Assembly (NCBI GenBank): GCA_964632175.1
Contig: CAZWBJ010000004.1
Location: 1 to 63,744 of the forward strand
From: Candidatus Hadarchaeota archaeon
GTDB taxonomy: Archaea; Hadarchaeota; Hadarchaeia; Hadarchaeales; JAWBSP01
Length of the DNA stretch: 63,744 nucleotides
Direction: 5' to 3'
The notes under the pieces: generated by a model
What the model saw: the letters and a program-made list of their open reading frames with translations, nothing else
Told to the model about the DNA's origin: nothing
Database searches by the model: none
Translations under genes and position numbers: made by a program
Part shown: positions 37,300-46,693 of the stretch, in pieces
Layout of the letters: every line of letters starts with the position of its first letter
Position numbering within the stretch: position 1 is the stretch's first letter

Positions 37300-38462
37300 T
37301 ATCCCATCCTCCGGAAGATGTGAACCACTGCGGTCCCCCCCGTTCCCCCAACGTTATGTGTCAGCCCTACTTGTGCACCCTCCACCTGTCTTTTGCCGGC
37401 CTCTCCCCTCAACTGGAGGACTATCTCCACGGCTTGGGCTATTCCAGTGGCCCCAACCGGATGCCCCTTCCCCTTCAGACCACCACTGGGATTTACCACT
37501 ACTTTCCCTCCCAGATTCGTCTGTCCTTCTTCCGTCATCTTCCCACCCTCCCCCTTCTTGCAGAATCCCAGATCCTCGATGGCCATGATTTCGGCAATGG
37601 TGAAGCAGTCGTGAACCTCCGCCACCTGGACTTCGGAGGGAGTGAGGCCCGCCATACGGTACGCTTCCCTTGCTGCCTCGACGGTGGCGTCCAGTTGTAC
37701 CAGAGACCTCCGGCTGTGTAGGGCGAGGGTGTCGGTCGCGTGCCCGCTGCCAGCTATCAGGATGGGGGTGTCGGTGTATCTTTTTGCCTCCTCGGCAGGG
37801 GCCAGAACCACACAGGCCGCTCCATCCGAGATGGGCGAACAATCCAGCAGTTTCAGGGGGGTGCACACCGGGGGGGAGCGGAGCACGTCCTCCACGCTTA
37901 TCTTAGTGTGGTACTGGGCGCACGGGTTCCTAGCTGCAAAGGCGTGGTTCTTGACCGCCACAAGGGCCATCTGTTCTTCCGTGGTCCCAAACTCGTACAT
38001 ATGTCTCCTGGCCATCAGGGCGTATAGAGAGGGGAAGGTTGCCCCCACGAAGGCTTCCCACTCTTGGTCAGAGGCCGAGGCTAGAGCGCCCACCGCTCCC
38101 TCACCTATTACATCGCTCATCTTTTCCACTCCCGCCGCGACCACGATGTCGTGCATGCCGGAGGCAACGGCTATCATGGCCTGCCGCAAGGCCAGTCCCC
38201 CCGAAGCACAGGCAGCTTCCACCCGGGTGCAGGGGAGGGGGTTGAGGCCGGCGTGGTCGGCGATGAGGCAGGCGAGGTGTTCCTGTCTTATAAACTGCCC
38301 CCCCGACATGTTTCCCACGTATATGGCGTCTATATCGTCTCCACCTATTCCCGCGTCCTCCAAGGCCCTTATCCCGGCCTCCATGACGAGCTCCCTGAAA
38401 GAACTCCACCACAACTCGCCAAACTTGGTAGTTCCCACACCGATGATAGCCACCTTTCTCAT
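37299..38462 (-). CDS. acetyl-CoA acetyltransferase (archaeal thiolase)
   Basis: 387 aa. Active-site regions VEAACASGG and GHPVGATG...NVGGTGG. Confidence 0.92.
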   Translation of the reverse strand: MRKVAIIGVGTTKFGELWWSSFRELVMEAGIRALEDAGIGGDDIDAIYVGNMSGGQFIRQEHLACLIADHAGLNPLPCTRVEAACASGGLALRQAMIAVASGMHDIVVAAGVEKMSDVIGEGAVGALASASDQEWEAFVGATFPSLYALMARRHMYEFGTTEEQMALVAVKNHAFAARNPCAQYHTKISVEDVLRSPPVCTPLKLLDCSPISDGAACVVLAPAEEAKRYTDTPILIAGSGHATDTLALHSRRSLVQLDATVEAAREAYRMAGLTPSEVQVAEVHDCFTIAEIMAIEDLGFCKKGEGGKMTEEGQTNLGGKVVVNPSGGLKGKGHPVGATGIAQAVEIVLQLRGEAGKRQVEGAQVGLTHNVGGTGGTAVVHIFRRMG

Positions 38463-39491
38463 CTAACCACCCAGATATTTCAACTTGGAGTAGATACCGT
38501 AATCCACCAGCACCCTCCGCTTCAGGTAATATTCCACGCTTGGAGCGAGGGGCTTTTTGCTCTCCAAGTTCTCTGTGGTTTTAATACTGAACGCATCGCT
38601 CCCCGCCCCCGAACCGTAAGAGACTAAGAGGATTCTCTGGTCGACCCTTGCCTGATCGAGCACGTAGGCCAGACCTATTAGGCTGGAGGCCGAGTAGGTG
38701 TTTCCGATGTGCTTGACTACGAGTCCGGGAAGGACTTTTTCTGGGGGGAAGCCCAGCTCGGTCGCGGCCTGAAGAGGATACTTGAAGTTGGGCTGGTGGA
38801 GAACGACATAGTCAAAGTCTTGGGGGGTGAGGTTGAGCTTCCTCATCAGACCCTGCGCCGCTGCCAGCACATGCTTGAAGTAGGCGGGTTTTCCCGTGAA
38901 CCTTCCCCCATGGCTGGGGTAGGGTTTTCCCTCCCTCCTCCAGAAGTCGGGAGTGTCAGTGGTATAGGAATAGAAACCCTCGATGCTCGCCACCCATTCG
39001 TTGCTCGAGGATCCAACAATATAGCACGCCGCGCCCGCCGCGGCAGTGAACTCCAAGGGGTCTCCAGGTCTGCACTGGGCAGAGTCGGAACCTATGGCCA
39101 TCCCGTACTTTATCTGACCTGAGGTGACGAGCCCCACGCAGGCTTGGAGGGCGGCGGTCCCGGCTTTGCAGGCGAACTCGTAATCGGCGGCAGTGGTTTC
39201 AGGCGTGGCCTCCACGGCCTCGGCAACGATGGTGGCCGTGGGCTTCACGGCGTAGGGTGGGGATTCGGAGCCCACGTACACCGCACCGATATCCTTGGGG
39301 TTAATCCCAGCTCTCTTGAGAGCGTTCCTTGCTGCTTCCACTGCCATGGTGGTAGTGTCCTCGTCAGGCCCCGCCACAGACTTCTCCTCTATTTCAACGT
39401 CTGGCTTCCTCCCCCACACCCTAGCCAGCTCGGCTATCTTTATCCTGTAGAGGGGGAGGTAGACCCCGTACCCTACGATTCCCGCGAGCAT
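38463..39491 (-). CDS. hydroxymethylglutaryl-CoA synthase (archaeal)
   Basis: 342 aa. [11 protein letters not shown], the ACKAGT catalytic Cys region, and VLHQPN. Its stop abuts the thiolase ATG. Confidence 0.92.
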   Translation of the reverse strand: MLAGIVGYGVYLPLYRIKIAELARVWGRKPDVEIEEKSVAGPDEDTTTMAVEAARNALKRAGINPKDIGAVYVGSESPPYAVKPTATIVAEAVEATPETTAADYEFACKAGTAALQACVGLVTSGQIKYGMAIGSDSAQCRPGDPLEFTAAAGAACYIVGSSSNEWVASIEGFYSYTTDTPDFWRREGKPYPSHGGRFTGKPAYFKHVLAAAQGLMRKLNLTPQDFDYVVLHQPNFKYPLQAATELGFPPEKVLPGLVVKHIGNTYSASSLIGLAYVLDQARVDQRILLVSYGSGAGSDAFSIKTTENLESKKPLAPSVEYYLKRRVLVDYGIYSKLKYLGG

Positions 39492-39522
39492 ATTTTAGTC
39501 CTGCTATGCTGGTTAAACCCTA

Positions 39523-40233
39523 TCACTTTAGGGTCCTGAGTTCCCGAATGATCTCTTCCACCTTGGGCAGGCGGGAGATGGCCACGGGCAGGTGCAGCTG
39601 CTCCGCGATTTTGGCAGCCAGCGGATCTATCTTATCGATTTTTCCGTGGAGCACCACGAGCCCGGGTGTCAAACCCACCACCTTTACCGCGACCAGAGGG
39701 GATCTACCCGTTCCCACCTCCGTGAAGACGAGCGCCCTCTCCTCCGTCATACCATAAAGTCTCCTGAGATCTTCCGAGGAGAGCGAGAGGATGGCCTTCA
39801 GACTGTCAATCACGGTGTAGCCGAAGATTTTTCTATCCTTGAGTTGCGGGCAGACCAGGATCTCCGCCTTGGCAAGCTCACAGAACCTCTCAACCGTCAC
39901 CGCCTCCTCAAGCTCCCTGAGGTCCAACACCACCTCCGAGGGGAGTGGAGCCCCGAGCACGCGGGAAAGGGAGCCCAGCATCCTGCCGCCAGATCTTGAG
40001 TCGTGTTCGATGAGGGCCGCGACGATTTTCTTCACGGTCCTTATTCCTGGAGACTTCCTCCTTCCGCTCTCATAGTCGCTTATCACCGAGGGGGAGATCC
40101 CGAGTTCCACCGCGAGAGCCGTCTGGCTGGTGTTGAACATCTCCCTCCACCTCTTGAGAGCCACGCCTGGTCTTGGAGAGAGGACGATGTCCCCCGCAAT
40201 CCACCTAGCAACCCTCTCCCTCAGCCCCTCCAT
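39523..40233 (-). CDS. XRE-type HTH transcriptional regulator (archaeal COG1395-like)
   Basis: An internal ATG at 40233 gives MEGLRERVARWIAGDIVLS. The HTH region is FNTSQTALAVELGISPSVISDYESGRR. Confidence 0.75.
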   Translation of the reverse strand: MEGLRERVARWIAGDIVLSPRPGVALKRWREMFNTSQTALAVELGISPSVISDYESGRRKSPGIRTVKKIVAALIEHDSRSGGRMLGSLSRVLGAPLPSEVVLDLRELEEAVTVERFCELAKAEILVCPQLKDRKIFGYTVIDSLKAILSLSSEDLRRLYGMTEERALVFTEVGTGRSPLVAVKVVGLTPGLVVLHGKIDKIDPLAAKIAEQLHLPVAISRLPKVEEIIRELRTLK

Positions 40234-40287
40234 CAGAAAAGGGGGGAGAGAAAATAACAAGGTAAAAAAGTAGCAGGGTAGAAAAGA

Positions 40288-41484
40288 ATGAATCTGACGG
40301 TCGAGAGACTGCCGATTCCCCCCATTGAGGAAACGGACCTTGAAATAGTGGAGAGAAAGGGGCTTGGTCACCCGGACACCATCTGCGACATGGTTCTGGA
40401 CAGAGTGTCAGTAGAGCTGAGTAAGGAGTACCTGAAAAGGTTTGGTACCGTTCTGCACCATAACACCGACAAGTCCCTGCTGGTGGCGGGGGAGGTTGAG
40501 ACGAAGTTTGGCGGGGGAAGGGTAAAGCGGCCCATGTTGCTGGTCTTCGGGGATAGGGCCACCACTAGGGTGGGGGAAGAGGAGGTAGATGTCGAGAAAA
40601 TAGCGGTTGGGACGGCGAAGGAATGGTTCAGGGAAAACCTGCGTTTTGTGGACCCCGACAGGCATGTAAGGTACCAGGTGGAACTCAAACCCGGCTCGGC
40701 AGCTCTGGTGGACATTTTCAAGAGGAAGAAGAAAGGAGGATTTCTGGGGGCCAACGATACCTCCGCCGCCGTGGGCTACGCCCCCCTGAGCAGGACGGAG
40801 AAGCTGGTTCTGGAGCTGGAGAGACACCTCAACTCTAGGGAGTTCAAGAAAAGCTTTCCTGAATCTGGTGAGGACGTGAAGGTGATGGGCGTAAGGAGGA
40901 AGAACAGAATCTCCCTCACGGTGGCCATGGCCTTCGTCGACAGGTTCGTGAAGAGCGAGCAGGACTACTTCAGAAAGAAGGAGGAAATCCTAGAAGAGAT
41001 GAGAAACTTCCTCTCCGCCTATGGGTTCGAGAAGGTGGAGCTAACCCTCAATGCCCTAGATGCGAGGGGGAGGGGAGTGGATGGAGCGTACCTCACGGTG
41101 CTGGGGACGAGCGCGGATGGCGGTGACTCGGGGGAGGTGGGACGAGGGAACAGGCCCAACGGGGTGATCCCGCTGAACCGTCCCATCAGCTCGGAGGCGG
41201 CAGCCGGCAAGAATCCTGTGAGTCACATAGGGAAAATCTACAATCTCTTTTCCCACAGGCTGGCGAATGTTATTTACCAAAAGGTAGACGGCCTCAGGGA
41301 GGTTTACGTCTGGCTGGTGAGCCAGATAGGAAGGCCTATAAATGAACCCTCCCTCCTTCTCGTCAAGGCCATCTCCGACAGGAGGGGGTTTGAAAAGGAG
41401 GTGAGGAGGGAGGTGGCGGAGGAGTTCTCACGGCTGGGAGAATTTTGCGAGGCGCTCATCAGGGGCGAAATACCCCCCTGCTGA
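40288..41484 (+). CDS. metK: S-adenosylmethionine synthetase, archaeal type
   Basis: 398 aa. [16 protein letters not shown] and [17 protein letters not shown] are typical of archaeal MAT. Confidence 0.93.
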   Translation: MNLTVERLPIPPIEETDLEIVERKGLGHPDTICDMVLDRVSVELSKEYLKRFGTVLHHNTDKSLLVAGEVETKFGGGRVKRPMLLVFGDRATTRVGEEEVDVEKIAVGTAKEWFRENLRFVDPDRHVRYQVELKPGSAALVDIFKRKKKGGFLGANDTSAAVGYAPLSRTEKLVLELERHLNSREFKKSFPESGEDVKVMGVRRKNRISLTVAMAFVDRFVKSEQDYFRKKEEILEEMRNFLSAYGFEKVELTLNALDARGRGVDGAYLTVLGTSADGGDSGEVGRGNRPNGVIPLNRPISSEAAAGKNPVSHIGKIYNLFSHRLANVIYQKVDGLREVYVWLVSQIGRPINEPSLLLVKAISDRRGFEKEVRREVAEEFSRLGEFCEALIRGEIPPC

Positions 41485-41492
41485 GGTTTTGA

Positions 41493-42980
41493 GTGGGAGT
41501 TTTTGAGATCTTTCAGAGAGATGCGGGTGGCAGGATAGGCAGGCTCAAAACCGCTCACGGAGTCATTTCCACCCCCTGTCTGCTCCCAGTGGTTAACCCG
41601 GTGAAGTTAGAGATTCCGGTGGAGGAAATGAGGAAGGCCGGCGTGGAGGCACTAATGACCAACGCATATATAATCTACCGCCACTGGCCGGAGCCCCCCA
41701 AGGTGCACGAACTTTTGGGATTTGAGGGCCCCATCGCCACGGATTCGGGGGGCTTCCAGATTCTGAGGTACGGGAAGGTGAAGGTCAATCCGGAGGAGAT
41801 AGTCAGGTTTGAGGAGATGCTCTCCTCCGATATCGCTGTTATCCTTGACATCCCGACGGGAGCCTCAGACAGCCGCAGGCAGGCTGAAAAGAAGGTGGAG
41901 ATAACCCTCAAGCGGGCGAGGGAGGCCGTCCGTCTGAGACAGAACCCTTCCATCCTGTGGGCGGCACCCGTGCAGGGTGGAAGATATCTAGATTTGGTGG
42001 AGAGGTGTGCCCGTGAACTGGGACAGCTGGATTATCCCGTTCATGCCATAGGCGGACCAGTGGAATATTTCGAGCGCTACCATTTTTCCAGGGTTGTGGA
42101 TCTCGTCATGACCGCCAAGATGAACCTCCCCCTCGATCGCCCCGTCCATCTTTTCGGGGCCGGACATCCGATTCTATTTTCTCTTGCAGTCCTGATGGGC
42201 TGTGATCTCTTCGATTCCGCGGCCTACGCTCTCTTCGCGAAGGCTGGCAGGTACATGACGCCGGAGGGAACGATGCGGCTGGAGGAGATGCGGGAGTTCC
42301 CCTGCCCCTGCCCCGCCTGTCTAGGTCACTCTCCCCGTGAGGTGAGGAAAATGGCGGCTGAGGAGAGAACCAAGGTGCTCGCTCTGCACAACCTGTATGT
42401 TTCGCTTGTTGAGGTGAGGAGGATAAGACAGGCCATTGCGGAGGGAAGGCTGTGGGAGTACGCCCAGCGGAGGTGCTCTTCGCATCCACGGCTCTTAGAT
42501 GCCTTCAGGAGGCTCGCGCGGTATTCTGACTGGCTCGAAAAGTTTGACCCCGTCACCAAACCTTCGGGCTTCCTGTATACAGGGCCGGAATCAGCCCATC
42601 GACCAGAGGTTATCAGGCATCGAAGGCGCATGGATCGCTACGCCCCCCCACCCTCCGAGATCCTCGTTATCGCACCTCTGGGCTGCAAGCCGGAACTTGA
42701 GGGACACGTGATAAGGGTCATCCCCCCTTTTGGTGTGATTCCAGAGGAACTCTCTGGATTTTACCCGCTGGGTCAGTACGAGATCCCCAAGAGTCTTTCT
42801 CGCGAAGAATGGCTCACCTCTCTTTCCTCGCTCGAAGAATACCTGAAGAAGTTTGGGGAGAAATACCAGAAAGTGATTCTCCTTTGGATCGAGGGTGTGG
42901 GAGAGGAGTTGGTGAAGGCCTGCCGGGTGGTGAAGGAAAAGCTTGAGATCCATCGAAAGGGAGAAAAGTGCGTGGTATGA
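41493..42980 (+). CDS. tgtA: tRNA-guanine(15) transglycosylase (archaeosine TGT)
   Basis: 495 aa, GTG start. FEI..RDAGGRIGRLKTAHG.ISTP.LLPVVNP, and the zinc site CPCPAC..H. Confidence 0.88.
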   Translation: MGVFEIFQRDAGGRIGRLKTAHGVISTPCLLPVVNPVKLEIPVEEMRKAGVEALMTNAYIIYRHWPEPPKVHELLGFEGPIATDSGGFQILRYGKVKVNPEEIVRFEEMLSSDIAVILDIPTGASDSRRQAEKKVEITLKRAREAVRLRQNPSILWAAPVQGGRYLDLVERCARELGQLDYPVHAIGGPVEYFERYHFSRVVDLVMTAKMNLPLDRPVHLFGAGHPILFSLAVLMGCDLFDSAAYALFAKAGRYMTPEGTMRLEEMREFPCPCPACLGHSPREVRKMAAEERTKVLALHNLYVSLVEVRRIRQAIAEGRLWEYAQRRCSSHPRLLDAFRRLARYSDWLEKFDPVTKPSGFLYTGPESAHRPEVIRHRRRMDRYAPPPSEILVIAPLGCKPELEGHVIRVIPPFGVIPEELSGFYPLGQYEIPKSLSREEWLTSLSSLEEYLKKFGEKYQKVILLWIEGVGEELVKACRVVKEKLEIHRKGEKCVV

Positions 42981-42992
42981 GATGCTGGGGGA

Positions 42993-43445
42993 ATGAAGGA
43001 GGTAAGGCTCGACGACAAGGACAGGAAGCTTCTGAAACTTCTGGCTAATAACTCTAGGACATCCCTCGAAAGGCTGGGGGCGGCAGTCGGTCTGGGCATT
43101 TCGGCCACACGCAAGAGGATCAAGCGGATGGAGAGGGATGGTGTGCTCCGGTACACCATCTCCGTGGACCCAGCACTTTTGGGCAGGGGGGTCTTGGCCT
43201 TCATGTTGGTGGGTTCGACGGTGAGCAAGGAGAAGGAGCTAGCGGAGACCCTCGCCGGCTGGCCGGAGGTATGTGAGATCCACGAGATCTCTTCCGAGGG
43301 GGGCGGTCTCCTTCTGAAGCTCAGGACTAGGGATCAGCGGGCGCTGGCGAAGCTCAAGGATAGGGTAAGGGAGAGAGTGCCTGAGGCCCAGGTACGGGTG
43401 CTCGAGGTTATCAGAACGCGCAAGGAGTCCCCGCTGGTGGTTTGA
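42993..43445 (+). CDS. Lrp/AsnC-family transcriptional regulator
   Basis: 150 aa. An N-terminal HTH (LDDKDRKLLKLLANNSRTSLERLGAAVGLGISATRKRIKRME) plus a RAM domain. Confidence 0.85.
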   Translation: MKEVRLDDKDRKLLKLLANNSRTSLERLGAAVGLGISATRKRIKRMERDGVLRYTISVDPALLGRGVLAFMLVGSTVSKEKELAETLAGWPEVCEIHEISSEGGGLLLKLRTRDQRALAKLKDRVRERVPEAQVRVLEVIRTRKESPLVV

Positions 43446-43669
43446 TGGAGGAGATAGTCCAGAGGGTCTTTTCCTCCGTTCAGCCCTACCTGGTTTATCC
43501 CCAGGAACTGAAGATCCTGCTGGAAAAGAAGTCTGGAGGCACCCCCGAGCGTTTGGCGGAGGAGCTGAGGAAGGAGGCCTCAAACTTGGATGAGGTAAGG
43601 CGCACGGATATCCGCATCTTCCTCAACGAACTTGAGCGCTGGACTAGGGCCGGGGCGGGAGGAGTTTGA
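43445..43669 (+). CDS. small hypothetical protein
   Basis: 74 aa. The ATG overlaps the Lrp stop (TGATG). No family was recognised. Confidence 0.4.
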   Translation: MEEIVQRVFSSVQPYLVYPQELKILLEKKSGGTPERLAEELRKEASNLDEVRRTDIRIFLNELERWTRAGAGGV

Positions 43670-43928
43670 ACACCTGATCCTTCTCCCTCACCCTCTCCTT
43701 CACTTTGAGCCCGATGGCATCCCCCGCTTTAGCCACTTCTACGTTTTTGTGCTCTATCTGCATGGATTCCACCACCTGCTGGAAGTTTGTGGTGACTCCC
43801 TCGATGGAGATGGTGTCGCCCACTCTGAGTTCGTCCACTAGCTCAACCACCCCTACCCCTATCTTTGGGAAGTAGTGGGTAACCCTCCCGACCAGCTTTT
43901 TTTCTGGAGGCTGCATCAGAAGTTGCAT
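43644..43928 (-). CDS. EF-Tu domain-2-like beta-barrel protein
   Basis: 94 aa. GRVTHYFPKIGVGVVEL...GDTISIEG...VEVAKAGDAIGLKV resembles the stand-alone translation-factor domain II family. Confidence 0.5.
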   Translation of the reverse strand: MQLLMQPPEKKLVGRVTHYFPKIGVGVVELVDELRVGDTISIEGVTTNFQQVVESMQIEHKNVEVAKAGDAIGLKVKERVREKDQVFKLLPPRP

Positions 43929-44005
43929 GTGGGGCTTAAAACATCTAATCCCAAAACTCTTCTGGAATACTACCCCCGGTAAAACCCTGAGATAAAATAG
44001 AGTCC

Positions 44006-44569
44006 ATGAAATATGGGATGCTCGAACTCCTGAGGAGGCTCAACGGGCTGAAGTGCGTGCCGAGGGTGGGCTGGTCCCTCTGCTCGGTTCCTTCCTCCCT
44101 AATTGAGGACGTGGCTCAGCACACCTTCGAGGTGGCATCTCTCTCCCTTCTCCTTTCCGAGGGACTCAAGCTGGACGAGGCCAAAGTTTTCAAAATGGCT
44201 CTGATTCATGACTGGCCGGAGGCCCTCGTGGGAGACGTTTCCTACTCTGCCCTTCCCTACTTGGGCGGAAGGGAGGTCAAGGGGAGGATAGAGGAGAGAG
44301 CGCTCCAGCGTCTGCTCGGGGGGAAGAGGGAACTCGTTGAGCTCTGGAGAGAATTCCGGGAGGACCGTACTCCCGAGTCTAGGCTGGTACACTTCTGCGA
44401 CTACCTCGCCATCCTTCTCCAAGCCCTTCACTATTTTGACCTAGGGAACCGATCTCCGGTCCTGAAAGAACTCTGCGACAACGTGAGTAAGGATCTGGAG
44501 CCCTACTTCTCCACCTTCCCGCAGTTCAAGCCACTTGTGGAGGAGATTCGCGCTGTTTTGAGGTTTTGA
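44006..44569 (+). CDS. HD-domain phosphohydrolase (YfbR-like 5'-nucleotidase family)
   Basis: 187 aa. VAQHTFEV...IHDWPEALVGDV gives the H...HD...D pattern. Confidence 0.78.
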   Translation: MKYGMLELLRRLNGLKCVPRVGWSLCSVPSSLIEDVAQHTFEVASLSLLLSEGLKLDEAKVFKMALIHDWPEALVGDVSYSALPYLGGREVKGRIEERALQRLLGGKRELVELWREFREDRTPESRLVHFCDYLAILLQALHYFDLGNRSPVLKELCDNVSKDLEPYFSTFPQFKPLVEEIRAVLRF

Positions 44570-44900
44570 GCCTTCTCTCCAGCCTTTCCAGTTCTTTCTC
44601 TACCTCGGGAAGGGGTGGCCTGTACTCTCCCCTTATCCTCTTCGAGAAAGGGGAAAGCGCTCCTCCCACGATGCCGATGCAGAGCCCCAGCAGCAGGCAG
44701 GTCTCAGGGACCCCGAGCCCCAGCCATCCAGAGAGTAGAACGGGAGGCAGGGTGGAGGCGAGACCGGCACCCAGGCATCCCCCGAGCACAAGGCTCCTCC
44801 TTCTCCGGTAGAGGGCGAAAACCTTTCCCCCCAGCCCAAGGAACATGGCCTCCAAGCCGAAGGCGGGCATTCCCAGCAGCAGGAGGAGCATCCAGTTCAT
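44526..44900 (-). CDS. small membrane protein (hypothetical)
   Basis: 124 aa, 3-4 hydrophobic helices. 4-nt overlap with the nth end. Confidence 0.45.
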   Translation of the reverse strand: MNWMLLLLLGMPAFGLEAMFLGLGGKVFALYRRRRSLVLGGCLGAGLASTLPPVLLSGWLGLGVPETCLLLGLCIGIVGGALSPFSKRIRGEYRPPLPEVEKELERLERRLKTSKQRESPPQVA

Positions 44901-45511
44901 TCCCTTCTCGATGGGCAGCTCTTAATGGGACACAGCCTGCACCGCGGATTTCTGGGGAGGCAGATTTCCCTCCCGAAGAGAACCATCCCACGGTTTAGAA
45001 GGGTCCAGTCCTCTCTTTTAAAGATTTTTTGTAGCGCCTCCTGAACTTCCTCCACATCCGCCTCCTCCCGCACTAGGCCTAGTCTCTTGCTTATTCTGTT
45101 GACATGGGTGTCAACCGGTATGCACGGGTCTCCAAATCCGTAGCATCTGGTGACATCCGCGGTCTTGGGGCCCACTCCAGGTAGCTCCATCAAGCTCTCC
45201 CTCTCGCGCGGCACCCGGCCGTTGTACTTTTCTATAAGAATCCTGCAGACTTTCCTTATCCTCTCCGCCTTCTGTTTCGCGAACCCCACTCGCCTTATGA
45301 GCTTCTCCAGCTCGGCCGGAGGGAGTCTTAAGATCTGCTGGGGCGTGGAGGCGACGGAGAAGAGCTCCCTGGCGGCGGCCTCGGTGTTCTCCTCCCTCGT
45401 CCGCTGGGAAAGGATGCAACTTATCAGAACCCTGAAGGGATCTTCCCTCCCCCCAATTTCCTTTTTATATCTCTTCTCGAGAAAGGAGAGAAGTTCAGCG
45501 GCCGCGCTCAT
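44897..45511 (-). CDS. nth: endonuclease III (HhH-GPD DNA glycosylase with a 4Fe-4S cluster)
   Basis: 204 aa. ILSQRT, LPGVGPKTADV, DTHVNR, and the C-terminal CLPRNPRCRLCPIKSC. Confidence 0.9.
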   Translation of the reverse strand: MSAAAELLSFLEKRYKKEIGGREDPFRVLISCILSQRTREENTEAAARELFSVASTPQQILRLPPAELEKLIRRVGFAKQKAERIRKVCRILIEKYNGRVPRERESLMELPGVGPKTADVTRCYGFGDPCIPVDTHVNRISKRLGLVREEADVEEVQEALQKIFKREDWTLLNRGMVLFGREICLPRNPRCRLCPIKSCPSRRE

Positions 45512-45824
45512 CTAGGATTTCAGCTATCTTCTTTGCCAGCACGTGATAGCACATGTCCACTCCAGCCTTTCCTGTCACCACGTTCAGGGCGTAATCCATG
45601 CAGTAGCAAAGCTCCCCGACAATCTCATACTCGTCCGTTTTTCCCTCCACCACCCAGAGCTTTCCCTTCCTCTTTACTCGTCCCCTCTTCACGGCTAAGA
45701 GGGCCTTCCTTCCCCTCTCCCCGTAAACCTCCACCACCGCCCGCTCGACCGCGGAGGAAAGTCCCTCCTTTCTGATGAGCCCAAAGAGTTCCTCACGCTT
45801 GGCAGGATCGAATTTTACTTCCAT
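45495..45824 (-). CDS. small SWIM-zinc-finger protein
   Basis: 109 aa with the CxC...CxH pattern CYCMDYALNVVTGKAGVDMCYH. Confidence 0.55.
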   Translation of the reverse strand: MEVKFDPAKREELFGLIRKEGLSSAVERAVVEVYGERGRKALLAVKRGRVKRKGKLWVVEGKTDEYEIVGELCYCMDYALNVVTGKAGVDMCYHVLAKKIAEILDERGR

Positions 45825-45835
45825 CGCTGAGAACT

Positions 45836-46693
45836 TTGGTGGAGATACTAAATCTCCTCCGGGACAGCGGGATTCGCCTCAGCAAGAGGGCTGGTCAGCA
45901 CCTCATGGTGGATCAGGCCGTGCTGGAGAGGATGGTGGATTATGCTGAACTTTCACCGAGCGACACGGTTCTGGAGATAGGGGCGGGAGTGGGTAACTTA
46001 ACCTCCCTGCTGGCCGAGAGGGCAGGAAAGGTGCTGGCGGTGGAGAAGGATCGCAGGCTCTTCCTGCTTGCTCAAAAAAGGCTGAGGAATTACAAGAACG
46101 TTGAGCTACGCTGCACGGACTTCCTGAAGATGGAGATCCCAAGCTTCGACAAGGTGGTCTCCAACCTTCCCTTTGGGATCTCCTCGCAGGCCACCTTCAG
46201 ACTTCTCCAGAGCGGCCTGAAGCTCGGCGTTCTTACCTACCAAACGGAGTTCGCGAAGAGGCTGGTGGCGCAACCCGGTTCGGAGGATTACAGCAGGCTA
46301 ACGGTTGCGGTTCGCATGAGGGCAGAGGTGGAGCTGCTGGAGGAGATCCCGCCCTCCTGTTTCCTTCCTCCCCCTAAGGTTTCAGCAACCGTCGTGAGGC
46401 TGAGACCTAGAGCCTTCCACCCCCAGCCCCGTGACTGGTCCAAGTTTGAGGAAGTGCTCAAGGCGCTCTTCCAGCACCGGAGGCAGCAGGTTAGGAATGC
46501 CCTTCTACACTCCCCACACCTCTGGCCGGGGACATCCAAATCTGAAAGGAGGATGGTCCTCCAACATCTCCCGGCGGAGCTTGCCGAGAAGAGGGTCTTG
46601 GACATGTCTCCAGAAGAAATCGTGAGGCTCTCGGACTTCCTCTCCAGTATGCAGGGCGGGGCTCGAATTTCGGAGAAAACTACTTCTCCATGA
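45836..46693 (+). CDS. rsmA: 16S rRNA (adenine-N6,N6)-dimethyltransferase (RsmA/KsgA/Dim1)
   Basis: 285 aa. The SAM motif VLEIGAGVGNLT and the NLPFGISS motif. Confidence 0.9.
   Translation: MVEILNLLRDSGIRLSKRAGQHLMVDQAVLERMVDYAELSPSDTVLEIGAGVGNLTSLLAERAGKVLAVEKDRRLFLLAQKRLRNYKNVELRCTDFLKMEIPSFDKVVSNLPFGISSQATFRLLQSGLKLGVLTYQTEFAKRLVAQPGSEDYSRLTVAVRMRAEVELLEEIPPSCFLPPPKVSATVVRLRPRAFHPQPRDWSKFEEVLKALFQHRRQQVRNALLHSPHLWPGTSKSERRMVLQHLPAELAEKRVLDMSPEEIVRLSDFLSSMQGGARISEKTTSP

Noticed and set aside
41493-42980. The archaeosine TGT is only 495 aa and may lack the C-terminal PUA domain.
   Set aside because: I cannot delimit domains reliably by eye. Shorter or split arcTGTs are already known in some archaea, so this needs an HMM search before any claim.
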